Made by a program: the position numbers and the translations under genes
Notes under the pieces: model-generated
What the model was told of the DNA's origin: nothing
Seen by the model: only the letters and a program-made list of their open reading frames with translations
Databases searched by the model: none
In this document: positions 51,984 to 60,513 of the stretch, in pieces
Numbering within the stretch: the stretch's first letter is position 1
Layout: each line of letters opens with the position of its first letter
From: a virus
Virus record (IMG/VR): IMGVR_UViG_3300020578_000037
Span: 1 to 64,000 of that record
Length of the DNA: 64,000 bases
Reading direction: 5' to 3' (one strand)

Positions 51984-52901
51984 ATGAACGGCACAAGAAC
52001 ACTAGTAGAAATGGGTAATTTCTATGAAAAGCGTGTAATTGAAGAAAAGAAGTCGGTTTTCCCTCCTAAGGATACTTTTAAATTAGCAGATTCTAAAAAA
52101 CCTGAAGAGGCACAAGCAGATAAAAAAGCTTTTGTAAAAAATACGGGTCCAGAAAATGCTCAAGGTGTTAATAAAGACATAATAGACACCAAAGATAAAA
52201 AAATTGCTAAAAAAGAAAACTTTTTTGAACCTGAAAAATTCTCTCAAAATCTTGAAAAAACTGAAACACAAACAATAAATACTTTTATGAGTAAATCTAT
52301 TTTTGACAAGTTGTATGAGGACGTAATGTCCGGTGCACCTGAGGATCTTGAAGCACACGACGCCGAAGCTCTCGGTTTGCCTGGTGATAAAGAAGAAGGT
52401 GCTGGTGAAGAAGTAACATTCACTCTACCTCGTGATGTTGCACAGAAGCTTTGCGACGTTCTTCAGGCTGCTATAGGTGAAGAAGAAGCAGGTGATGAAG
52501 ATAGCGGTGAAGAATCTTCAGCTGGTTCAGAAGAAGCTTCCTCTGATGAAGCTAACGAAGAGAACGCTGAAGAAAAGAAAGACGAAAAGAAAGACGAGAA
52601 AAAAGACGAAGACAATCAAGAAGTTGCCAAAGAAGGCACAGAATTGAAAGAACTTCCCTCGTCAGCTGGCCAGAGTCTACAAAAGAAAGATAATAAGGTC
52701 GGCGATGTAACGAAAAGTTTAACTTCCAGTGGTTCTGGTGATGGTAAAGTCACAGATAAAGTTGGAAATGATGGTGAGAAGGGTCATGCCCTAGTAGGTG
52801 CTGGTGTAAAAGGTGGTGCACCAACATCTCCTAAAGGCAAGGCTAATGTAGTTAACAGCAAGACATCAAAAGTAGGTGCTTATCTTGCTGGTCTAAAATA
52901 A
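51984..52901 (+). CDS. Acidic low-complexity late protein (possible prohead core/internal protein)
   Basis: 305 aa with Glu/Asp-rich tract and KKDE repeats; TAAATA 6 nt upstream; second in-frame start at 52287. Confidence 0.6.
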   Translation: MNGTRTLVEMGNFYEKRVIEEKKSVFPPKDTFKLADSKKPEEAQADKKAFVKNTGPENAQGVNKDIIDTKDKKIAKKENFFEPEKFSQNLEKTETQTINTFMSKSIFDKLYEDVMSGAPEDLEAHDAEALGLPGDKEEGAGEEVTFTLPRDVAQKLCDVLQAAIGEEEAGDEDSGEESSAGSEEASSDEANEENAEEKKDEKKDEKKDEDNQEVAKEGTELKELPSSAGQSLQKKDNKVGDVTKSLTSSGSGDGKVTDKVGNDGEKGHALVGAGVKGGAPTSPKGKANVVNSKTSKVGAYLAGLK

Positions 52902-52929
52902 CATACAATAGTCAAAAATAGTAAAAATT

Positions 52930-52961
52930 GGGCCTTAATTTAAATTAAGGCCCTTTTTTTT
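52930..52961 (+). terminator. Rho-independent terminator
   Basis: Perfect inverted repeat GGGCCTTAATTT/AAATTAAGGCCC (52930-52953) followed by T8. Confidence 0.88.
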
Positions 52962-52975
52962 GCTTAAATATCTAT

Positions 52976-53317
52976 ATGACGTTTAGAGATTTTTTTGGAA
53001 AGCAGTCCGTTAAAGGAAAAAATATAGGTACTAAGAAGCGTCATATGCATCCTGTATTAAGAGATGTATCTTCACACTCAAAGCATCCCGGGCGTGTTGT
53101 ACCACATATGCATAGAGCTAAGATGAATAATAGCAAAGTAGAGAGGCTTAAAAGAGTCAATACTGGAAGATATACAATTAATAAAAACGAATTAGTACAA
53201 ATAGAAAAAGAATACAATTTAAAATATGATTTTAAAACGCCTAAAGCTTTAGGTAATACGGGCATTATCTTAAAGCACGACCCGGTATTAGGAGTACCTG
53301 TAATAGAGAAAAAATGA
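52976..53317 (+). CDS. Small basic late protein
   Basis: 113 aa, Lys/His-rich; TAAATA 5 nt upstream. Confidence 0.65.
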   Translation: MTFRDFFGKQSVKGKNIGTKKRHMHPVLRDVSSHSKHPGRVVPHMHRAKMNNSKVERLKRVNTGRYTINKNELVQIEKEYNLKYDFKTPKALGNTGIILKHDPVLGVPVIEKK

Positions 53318-54039
53318 GTGTACAATATTATACAGGTAATAAAGACCCTAAAGTTTATCCTTTCTTTTTTGAAGATAATCCCTGCTTTAGATATACAGAT
53401 AAAGCAAAAAATAACTGTGAAAGAGAAACGATTTCAAACTACTGGAGAGAGCAAATTAACCTTTATGGGCAAAATGTAGGTTATATTGTTAATAATACAA
53501 CAACACTTAGTGCAGATATGCTTTATGGTGAGCAGCCTACACAGAGGTATTCACCACCTCAAAACCTTGTTATAGCAATTAATTTACAGGAAAATGCATT
53601 AATGTTAAGTAAGTTCGGTCTAGTTTCGGATGATGAGGTTACAGCCTTTGTACATATTAGTACATTTTATGCGGTATTTGGATCAGGCGCAGAGCCTAAA
53701 TCTGGCGACTTGTTTCAATTAGTAGAATACGGAAGTGATAGGCCTGGAGGTAGAAATGGTAATATATATGAAATAACTCAAAGACTTGATCAAGATATAG
53801 CGCAAATAAATCCTTTAGCAGGTCATTATGTTTGGTTAATTAAAGCTAAGCGTTTTGAATATTCTTTTGAGCCAGGAGTCGAGCAAGAAGCGCAAAACCA
53901 ACAAGTTTTTGATGATACAAAAAATACAACAGTATCAGGTGCAGATAAGCCTTATGCATTTACTGTTGATGATGCTTCGAAAGAAATATTTGATTACTCT
54001 AAAACAGATTATTCAAATATTTACGGCGGATATTACTAA
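53314..54039 (+). CDS. gp14: Neck / head-closure protein (T4 gp14-like)
   Basis: EQINLYGQNVGYI..LYGE..LSKFGLVSDDE..PKSGDL..RFEYS. Confidence 0.78.
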   Translation: MSVQYYTGNKDPKVYPFFFEDNPCFRYTDKAKNNCERETISNYWREQINLYGQNVGYIVNNTTTLSADMLYGEQPTQRYSPPQNLVIAINLQENALMLSKFGLVSDDEVTAFVHISTFYAVFGSGAEPKSGDLFQLVEYGSDRPGGRNGNIYEITQRLDQDIAQINPLAGHYVWLIKAKRFEYSFEPGVEQEAQNQQVFDDTKNTTVSGADKPYAFTVDDASKEIFDYSKTDYSNIYGGYY

Positions 54040-54320
54040 TTCTCTAAAGGGAAAGAAGCTTCTAAATTATCTGAGTAATAATTAGGTAAAATTTCTTTTC
54101 TTAAAATTGAAATAAATTTATCTCCTTCACTACAAGAATTAAAATTCATTTCTATTTTAGATTTATCACTGCCGTAAAACGTATAAACTACTTTATCGTC
54201 TTTCTTAGAGATGTTTATTAATGAATATAATATTCCTTGGTTAAAGCCTCTAGTATTTACTAAAGCTCCATAGCGCGCGCCAGGTATTATTGAAAAACAG
54301 GTTCCGATAATGTAGTGCAT
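54036..54320 (-). CDS. Hypothetical protein
   Basis: 94-aa ORF in a coupled minus-strand run. Confidence 0.55.
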   Translation of the reverse strand: MHYIIGTCFSIIPGARYGALVNTRGFNQGILYSLINISKKDDKVVYTFYGSDKSKIEMNFNSCSEGDKFISILRKEILPNYYSDNLEASFPLEN

Positions 54321-54601
54321 TTATTACTTTTATTTAAGCTTATAGTAACATTATGCTCGTTTTGCATTACTTCATCTATCATAGATTCGAATCTTTCAAC
54401 AATATACTTTTGAAAGGCTAATGGCTTGACCCAATCTACTTCTTTACCGTTAAGATCCATTTTGAATTGATATGCTTTTCTGCTTATAATATCTAGCGCT
54501 TCAAGTAAGCAAAGCCATCTTGCATATTCTTCATTCTTAAGCTTATGGCTTTTACTCTTAGCTTCTACCGTTACATATTTTTTTAAAGGTTCCGATTGCA
54601 T
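54287..54601 (-). CDS. Hypothetical protein
   Basis: Start shortened to ATG 54601 (MQSEP) to minimise overlap with the upstream gene. Confidence 0.55.
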   Translation of the reverse strand: MQSEPLKKYVTVEAKSKSHKLKNEEYARWLCLLEALDIISRKAYQFKMDLNGKEVDWVKPLAFQKYIVERFESMIDEVMQNEHNVTISLNKSNKCTTLSEPVFQ

Positions 54602-55016
54602 ATCCAAGAATAATAAGGGTAATATCTTTGACATCAAGCAAATTCTTATCTTTATTAAGTGTAGAAAGAATATTATATAAATATTCAACAACTGTAGATA
54701 TACCGACAACTAGTTGTTTGGTGTTGACTTTTATTTGAGATTTATATTCTTCATTAACATCGCTAGTAGTAAGAGTTTGATTCAAAATTTCGTTTAACAG
54801 ATTAATAAAATTTTTAATAATTTGTTTATCACTACTAACATTTGGTTGTAAGAAGGCTAAGCCTTTTTCAAAACTTGCTAATTGCTGTGTACTTAGTGAT
54901 TTTTTTATTAGAAGAACTATTTCATCTAATGGCATGGGGGGTATCTCATTCTTTATACTTAAAGAAGTAGACGGTACATCTGCAGTTAACTTAGCTATAC
55001 TTTCAGGTATTTCCAT
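54558..55016 (-). CDS. Hypothetical helical protein
   Basis: 152-aa ORF. Confidence 0.6.
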   Translation of the reverse strand: MEIPESIAKLTADVPSTSLSIKNEIPPMPLDEIVLLIKKSLSTQQLASFEKGLAFLQPNVSSDKQIIKNFINLLNEILNQTLTTSDVNEEYKSQIKVNTKQLVVGISTVVEYLYNILSTLNKDKNLLDVKDITLIILGYAIGTFKKICNGRS

Positions 55017-55419
55017 TTGGGTTGGCTAATGTAGGTAAATCTGTAGTTACGGGCTCGGTTACTACAGCAGTCTCTGAATTTATTAATACACTAATAGTTT
55101 TCTTACAATCGCTGCATTTATAATAGTTAGGGGTATTTAAACGCACGGGAATAAAATCTTTAATTTTTTTAAAGCATGGGCATTCAACTTCTAGTCCTTG
55201 AAAAGATAATTCTTGTAGTCTTTCATTTTCTAGTTTTTTATTTTTTAAAGCGACAACGGCGTTGAGAATAGTACTAAAAGCAAAAAACCCTACATACTGA
55301 AAAGCGATACCAAATAAAACACCAATAAAAAAACTAAAGTTAAATGCATAGAATGCTGCCCCAAATAATATTGAAATGGCAATAAAAGGAATTAATTGAC
55401 TTATAAGTTTTTTAACCAC
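55003..55419 (-). CDS. Membrane protein with C-terminal Zn-ribbon-like motif
   Basis: Two N-terminal hydrophobic helices; CPC...CSDC; TTGCAA-N16-TATAAT promoter at 55425-55452. Confidence 0.65.
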   Translation of the reverse strand: MVKKLISQLIPFIAISILFGAAFYAFNFSFFIGVLFGIAFQYVGFFAFSTILNAVVALKNKKLENERLQELSFQGLEVECPCFKKIKDFIPVRLNTPNYYKCSDCKKTISVLINSETAVVTEPVTTDLPTLANPNGNT

Positions 55420-55432
55420 AACTTATTATATA

Positions 55433-55816
55433 CTATTCTTGCTTTTTTGCAACCGGCGTTTCAACGTTTTTAGCAATACTGTCTATGATTTGAACTATAT
55501 GTTCAAGCTTTTTGTAGATATCGATTACTTTTTCTTTTGCAAGTTCATTTTTCTTTATAACAGGGTTAGATAGTGCCATTTTAAAAAGTCTTTTAGAGTT
55601 TGTAGCATACAAGTATAATTGACCTATTTGTTCTATTACGTTGGGTAAAGGATATGGAAGTATTTTATCGGCCTTAGCAAAGTTAGGATTTTGATCTGTA
55701 GTTTTATTAAAAAGATCTCTTAATGTAACTTTTTGAGATGCAAGGTCTCTTGAAGCTATACCTGATACCCACTTATTAAATTGCATTACTTCTTCAAATA
55801 AAAGCTTTCGTTTCAC
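55433..55816 (-). CDS. Hypothetical late protein
   Basis: 127 aa; TAAATA 5 nt upstream (55822-55827). Confidence 0.6.
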   Translation of the reverse strand: MKRKLLFEEVMQFNKWVSGIASRDLASQKVTLRDLFNKTTDQNPNFAKADKILPYPLPNVIEQIGQLYLYATNSKRLFKMALSNPVIKKNELAKEKVIDIYKKLEHIVQIIDSIAKNVETPVAKKQE

Positions 55817-55852
55817 TAAATTATTTATTCATTTATTAATAAATAATAATAT

Positions 55853-56260
55853 ATGAATTTATTCGAACGTAAATTTAGTGTAGTTTTAGAAGCAGACGCA
55901 GCGCCAGCAGCACAAGAACCAACACCCCCTCAAGACGATAAAGAAGCTATGGCTCAAACATTAAATACAGCTACCCCAGAAGATTTTGACATTAAGGGCA
56001 GAGAGCAAGTAGTTGATCAAAGAAAAGGTGAGCAAATTCAAGCACTTAAGGGATGGATTGAGCAGATTGATTCATTTATTACTTTTTTAAACGGTACAGA
56101 TCAAGGGTCAATACAGATGCAATTACACGCTGCTCCGTGTGATTCTATTTTTGAAGATATGGCAAGAAGTGAGAAAAAGAAAATAGCTAGACTTGCTGCA
56201 GAGCTAAGCTCACTAAGCGAAGCTATGAAGGGTTATCTAATTTCGGCTAACGACAGATAG
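55853..56260 (+). CDS. Hypothetical late protein (possible head protein)
   Basis: 135 aa; MNLFERKFSVVLEA; TAAATA 7 nt upstream (55840-55845). Confidence 0.6.
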   Translation: MNLFERKFSVVLEADAAPAAQEPTPPQDDKEAMAQTLNTATPEDFDIKGREQVVDQRKGEQIQALKGWIEQIDSFITFLNGTDQGSIQMQLHAAPCDSIFEDMARSEKKKIARLAAELSSLSEAMKGYLISANDR

Positions 56261-57281
56261 AAGTTAATAAAAGCTTTGCTTTAATACCATCAAAAGAGTT
56301 TTTAATAAAGAAATCTGGTTCTACATAATTTAACTTTTTATCAATTACCATTTCGTTAATATCTTTATATTGTTTCCCTATATCTTCAGGCCATATAAAA
56401 ACGGTTTGATTGCTATCAATTAATTTTTGCGTCTTTTTTAAGCTTGCACTATCCTTCCACTGACTATCAAGAACCCATATTTTCTTATGAAGCTTAAAAG
56501 CAGATATTTGTTCTTCTTGTAATGGAGAGAACATTGTATGGCTATTTTCCTGAATACCGGCAACTGCAGTTCCGTTCTGAACAAAAAACGAATCAATTGG
56601 ACCTTCAAAAATGAAGATATAGTCTAAATTAGAGGAGATTTTATTTATATTATAAAGTGACTTTTCACCATTTATCTTACTTAGATACTTTGGATAAAAC
56701 TTTAAATCTTCATTATATATAGCTCGTGACTGATAAAATATAATTTCATTTTTTAAGTCATAAAACGGTATAACAAGCCGTCTCTTATGTGTTTTGTCCT
56801 TAAGAGATACCCACAAAGTATCGGGCTTATTAATCGCTGTGGTTAGTCTTCTTTTTTCTGCTAATCCTAGCGCTTCTTGTACGTCTTTTTGGTCATAATA
56901 ATATACAATTTGATTTTTATCTAAAATATTAATTGAATCTTTAGGAAGTTTTTCCGGAATTGGTTTAGTTGTTGTATTGACTTTTTTCTCTAATGCTTCT
57001 AATGGAAGGATGTCAAACGATTTAGATTCATCTACAATTTCATTAAAATTGAGATTAGATACTTCTTGAATCCATTTAATAGGGTCGCTATACCAACCGC
57101 AATTATGACAGCAAATCTTATTTTCATCAACTAAATATACACATCGTCTTTTTTTACCCCATGACTTACCTTCACGGCAAATAGGACACCCTGCTATAAA
57201 TGTATTGCTTATTTTCTTAAATTTTGGATAGCCAGCGTACTGATAAAATTTCTGCAGAATATATTCGTGAGGTATAAGCAC
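56247..57281 (-). CDS. gp61: DNA primase (T4 gp61-like)
   Basis: CPIC..CHNC zinc finger, RLVIPF, QSRA, PKYL, IFEGPIDS, KDINEM. Confidence 0.92.
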   Translation of the reverse strand: MLIPHEYILQKFYQYAGYPKFKKISNTFIAGCPICREGKSWGKKRRCVYLVDENKICCHNCGWYSDPIKWIQEVSNLNFNEIVDESKSFDILPLEALEKKVNTTTKPIPEKLPKDSINILDKNQIVYYYDQKDVQEALGLAEKRRLTTAINKPDTLWVSLKDKTHKRRLVIPFYDLKNEIIFYQSRAIYNEDLKFYPKYLSKINGEKSLYNINKISSNLDYIFIFEGPIDSFFVQNGTAVAGIQENSHTMFSPLQEEQISAFKLHKKIWVLDSQWKDSASLKKTQKLIDSNQTVFIWPEDIGKQYKDINEMVIDKKLNYVEPDFFIKNSFDGIKAKLLLTSICR

Positions 57282-57287
57282 ACTTAT

Positions 57288-57315
57288 AGTATAAAAGTTA
57301 TATTAATAAAAACAA
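57288..57315 (-). promoter_or_regulatory. Sigma70-like promoter TTGTTT-N16-TATACT, 6 nt before primase GTG
   Basis: Shared geometry with the other replication-gene promoters. Confidence 0.6.
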
Positions 57316-57318
57316 GCT

Positions 57319-57522
57319 TTACTTTTCTTCGGGAGTTACAGGCGAGGCTTTATTAAGTTCTTTAATAGAAACTACGCCTTTTTGCAAAAAGGTGCCTGAA
57401 GCAGGGTCTATATAATGTGCTTCAGTAATTTCCTGATTGCCGCGAATGTAAGTCTTGAACGTAGGGCGTACTGGCTGACCACTTATAGGCGAGACTATTA
57501 TTTTTGGTGATATCATGTCCAT
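57319..57522 (-). CDS. Small hypothetical late protein
   Basis: 67 aa; exact TATAAATA at 57528-57535, 5 nt upstream. Confidence 0.65.
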   Translation of the reverse strand: MDMISPKIIVSPISGQPVRPTFKTYIRGNQEITEAHYIDPASGTFLQKGVVSIKELNKASPVTPEEK

Positions 57523-57530
57523 ATTTTTAT

Positions 57531-57827
57531 TTATACTGTCGTACTAGAAAAAACAGTCTTGTTTTTATAATATTGTTTTTTGCAGACTTCAAATACTTCT
57601 TTTGGCAGCTTTTCTACTACATCTATAATTTTATTTTCTATACCAAAATCAAATTTTTCAGACGGTATATCTCTTATTTTCATGTCAGGTAAAGATAGGA
57701 AACTAAACGTATCGTTTTTATCTTCAATAAAAACAAATAATTCACCGAGATACTTACCACCTGTAATAGCGTAAAGATATCTTTTTACAGGATGCTTTTT
57801 TTTAAAGATCATAAAGCTTTTATACAT
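57531..57827 (-). CDS. Hypothetical protein
   Basis: 98-aa ORF; real start may be the ATG at 57812, overlapping the upstream stop. Confidence 0.55.
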   Translation of the reverse strand: MYKSFMIFKKKHPVKRYLYAITGGKYLGELFVFIEDKNDTFSFLSLPDMKIRDIPSEKFDFGIENKIIDVVEKLPKEVFEVCKKQYYKNKTVFSSTTV

Positions 57828-58645
57828 TTTAGTAATGATAGCTCCGTATCTGGTAGCTGAAAATTCAATTTATTAATTTTTTCAGTTGAAAGACAAGTAT
57901 TAGATCTTTGAGCTACAATATTTAAATCCGAAGGAGTAACAAAAGACCAATTAGCATTTACCTTGCCATTTTTTTTAAGTAAGTTTGTTATTTCCAAGGC
58001 ATTCATAGGCTGTGGATTGACGACATTAAAAATACCAGGAACGAAGTTTTGAATTAATTTATCTACAAATTCACAAAAATCTTCAACACAAGTTAAACTA
58101 TTATTATAGCTAATCAATTTATCGTATTTTAATATCTTTAATAAATAATTTCTTTCTAAATTTAACTTACAAAAAGGCATTCTAATTCTTAATATCGCGT
58201 TGTTTTTTGTATTAGCGACGGTTTCAAATGCATGTTTACTTTTAGAATAAAAGCTTGAGTTAGGATTAAAAACTCCAAAATTAGGTATATCTTCTTCCGT
58301 AAAAGCCTTCTCGTAGCCAGTGTATATACAGCCGCTAGATACGTGAATACACTTTCTATCGAAGACCGTACAAAGCTTATCAATTAAATTACCTACTGTT
58401 ACATTATAAAACCAACATTCATTTTTATTGTGCTCGCATCCATCTACGTTAGGTCGACCTGTATATCCGCAGCAATTAATAACATATTCGAATTTATATG
58501 TTTTAAGAATATGTGTTAGTATTTTTTCGTCTGTATAATTTGCTGTGCTTTGCTGAATAGCAATTACATTATAATTTTTAGTTTTTAAAAATTCTTTTAA
58601 AAAAGTACCGATAAAGCCGGTGCCTAATATTAATACATTGGTCAC
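57809..58645 (-). CDS. NDP-4-keto-6-deoxysugar epimerase/reductase (RmlD-like SDR, NRS/ER type)
   Basis: ILGTGFIG, NCCGYTGRPNVDGCE, SSGCIY, FYSKSK, LRIRMP. Confidence 0.85.
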   Translation of the reverse strand: MTNVLILGTGFIGTFLKEFLKTKNYNVIAIQQSTANYTDEKILTHILKTYKFEYVINCCGYTGRPNVDGCEHNKNECWFYNVTVGNLIDKLCTVFDRKCIHVSSGCIYTGYEKAFTEEDIPNFGVFNPNSSFYSKSKHAFETVANTKNNAILRIRMPFCKLNLERNYLLKILKYDKLISYNNSLTCVEDFCEFVDKLIQNFVPGIFNVVNPQPMNALEITNLLKKNGKVNANWSFVTPSDLNIVAQRSNTCLSTEKINKLNFQLPDTELSLLKCIKAL

Positions 58646-58669
58646 TATATAATTTTATACTACAGATAA

Positions 58670-58999
58670 TTAATCTCCATAGTTATCTTTTTGAGAATTA
58701 AAGATAAATTTATTCATTAGTGTGCCAAGAGAATCGGCTTCCTGTTGATTGTGAGCTGATATCATGCTGACCGGTTCGCCATTAAAATTATAACCTATAA
58801 GAATAAAACAATTTAAAAACTCTAAAATTTGACTAGTAAGGACATCGAGATCGGCTTTATTTGAAGCTCTTTCTTTTAACTGATCTCTTAAATAGGAAAC
58901 CAATGCTTTGTGAGTGAGGTCTTTTACATCCTTATTTTGATTAGGATCAAAGCCTTTACTAGCACTTTCATCCTTGGATGGCTTTTTGTCTTTCATCAT
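58670..58999 (-). CDS. Hypothetical protein
   Basis: 109-aa ORF; TAAATA just upstream. Confidence 0.6.
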   Translation of the reverse strand: MMKDKKPSKDESASKGFDPNQNKDVKDLTHKALVSYLRDQLKERASNKADLDVLTSQILEFLNCFILIGYNFNGEPVSMISAHNQQEADSLGTLMNKFIFNSQKDNYGD

Positions 59000-59348
59000 T
59001 ATTATTTAATCTCCTCGACAAATATCTGCTCTTACCTTGATACTCAACATTATTAGTAATACCGTGTCTTATTAGATAATCAACAATAACTTCTATACTA
59101 TCTGTTTTTATAAAGAAATTTTTAGGTATTCTTCTTCCACCATCATCTATTTCAAATAAAATTTCATTTATATTATTTTTATTTGCATAGCATGTTATTA
59201 ATACAGATGTTTCGCTAGGATTAACCATTATTGTCCACTGACGTGGATCAGACTTACTGTAAACAGCAAATAGCTTTATAACTATAAAGCCGTTGTCTCT
59301 AAGTCTTTTAATAAAATAACTGGGTGTTCTAAGTTTATTCTTACTCAT
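58968..59348 (-). CDS. Hypothetical protein
   Basis: 126-aa ORF abutting the sliding clamp gene. Confidence 0.6.
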   Translation of the reverse strand: MSKNKLRTPSYFIKRLRDNGFIVIKLFAVYSKSDPRQWTIMVNPSETSVLITCYANKNNINEILFEIDDGGRRIPKNFFIKTDSIEVIVDYLIRHGITNNVEYQGKSRYLSRRLNNNDERQKAIQG

Positions 59349-60080
59349 TTAATTTGATAGTGCAGAAATAACAAATTTAAATTGTGTTTTTTCAAAACTT
59401 AAATCCATTACAACTACACCCATTTTAGTAACTAAATTAACATTTAGTTCTTTACATCTCATAGAAGAAATTATTCTAAATATTTCAAAATTCAAGGGTA
59501 AGGGTATAGCGAACTGTGTGCCTGAATAATTATCAGAAATTTGAATTCCGTAAGAGTCAATGTTAGGTCTAGTTTTATCAGTTAACTCGCCAAAAACAAT
59601 ATTATTTTTAACGCTCAAATAAATCTTATTAGATTCAGTTGTAATAGAGCTGCCTTTAATCAAATTAATAATAGAACTGTATGGTAATGTAAACTTACCA
59701 TCAAATTCTAATGAATCGAGCTTGCTAATATTAAGTTTTGGTGTTGAAATAATATTATCATCATAAAGATGGTATTTGAATCTAATATTACTATTCGAAT
59801 AACCTATATGATTTAATGCTACGTCTAGGGTTAAATCTTCTGTTTCTATACAACTAAGGACTCTATACAGTTTCTTTAGATCAGGTATATTAAGAACCTT
59901 TTCAAGGTCAATTAAGTTATCATTATAATCACCGCTAACAACTATAGTATTATCGCTTGTAGCAATTAAGCAGTGTAACTTACCTTTAGAAACGTTAATA
60001 ACAGCTGAATCGGCAACCCTGCTTAATAAAGAAATATAGGTATTTAAAAAAGCGTCCTTTGAGGATAATTTAAGCTGCAT
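59349..60080 (-). CDS. gp45: Sliding clamp (T4 gp45-like)
   Basis: 243 aa; MQLKLS..LNIPDLKKLYRVLS..FKYHL..; two-domain clamp size; replication context. Confidence 0.65.
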   Translation of the reverse strand: MQLKLSSKDAFLNTYISLLSRVADSAVINVSKGKLHCLIATSDNTIVVSGDYNDNLIDLEKVLNIPDLKKLYRVLSCIETEDLTLDVALNHIGYSNSNIRFKYHLYDDNIISTPKLNISKLDSLEFDGKFTLPYSSIINLIKGSSITTESNKIYLSVKNNIVFGELTDKTRPNIDSYGIQISDNYSGTQFAIPLPLNFEIFRIISSMRCKELNVNLVTKMGVVVMDLSFEKTQFKFVISALSN

Positions 60081-60086
60081 TAAAAT

Positions 60087-60114
60087 ATAATATTAGATAA
60101 AAATTAAAAATCAA
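60087..60114 (-). promoter_or_regulatory. Sigma70-like promoter TTGATT-N16-TATTAT, 6 nt before clamp ATG
   Basis: Same boxes and spacing as the SSB promoter. Confidence 0.65.
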
Positions 60115-60512
60115 TTATTATCTATTAATTTCGAAAGCTTTCTATCAATAGAATCTAGTCTATCAAATATTAGCTTTGCGTAATTACTGCTATTAAAATC
60201 AAACTCTAATTGATTAGGATCGTTGACTATAGGTGATTGTACAACAACTGCTGCTGCGGGAGCCAAATTTACAGGTACTTGTGGTTGAGTTACATTAATA
60301 CCGGCATTAACTGTAGTAGAATAAGTGTTAGGCGCGCTTGAAGGTATGGTGTTTAATACCCTATTAGGGTCCATACTTAGATTGCTTAGTGTTGCACTCT
60401 TACTAACTAAGTTGTTGTTTAGTTCTTTAATTTCTGAAGATAAATGCTGGCCCATAAATTGTAATGTGACTAGCTTTATTTCTTCTGGAGATAAAGACCT
60501 AAAAGAATCCAT
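60111..60512 (-). CDS. Hypothetical protein
   Basis: 133 aa; DPNQLEFDF motif and coiled-coil C-terminus; directly downstream of SSB. Confidence 0.6.
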   Translation of the reverse strand: MDSFRSLSPEEIKLVTLQFMGQHLSSEIKELNNNLVSKSATLSNLSMDPNRVLNTIPSSAPNTYSTTVNAGINVTQPQVPVNLAPAAAVVVQSPIVNDPNQLEFDFNSSNYAKLIFDRLDSIDRKLSKLIDNN

Positions 60513-60513
60513 A

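Noticed and set aside
55831-55844. 14-bp palindrome ATTTATTAATAAAT as an operator
   Set aside because: All A/T and explained by back-to-back TAAAT(A) late boxes in a divergent intergenic region
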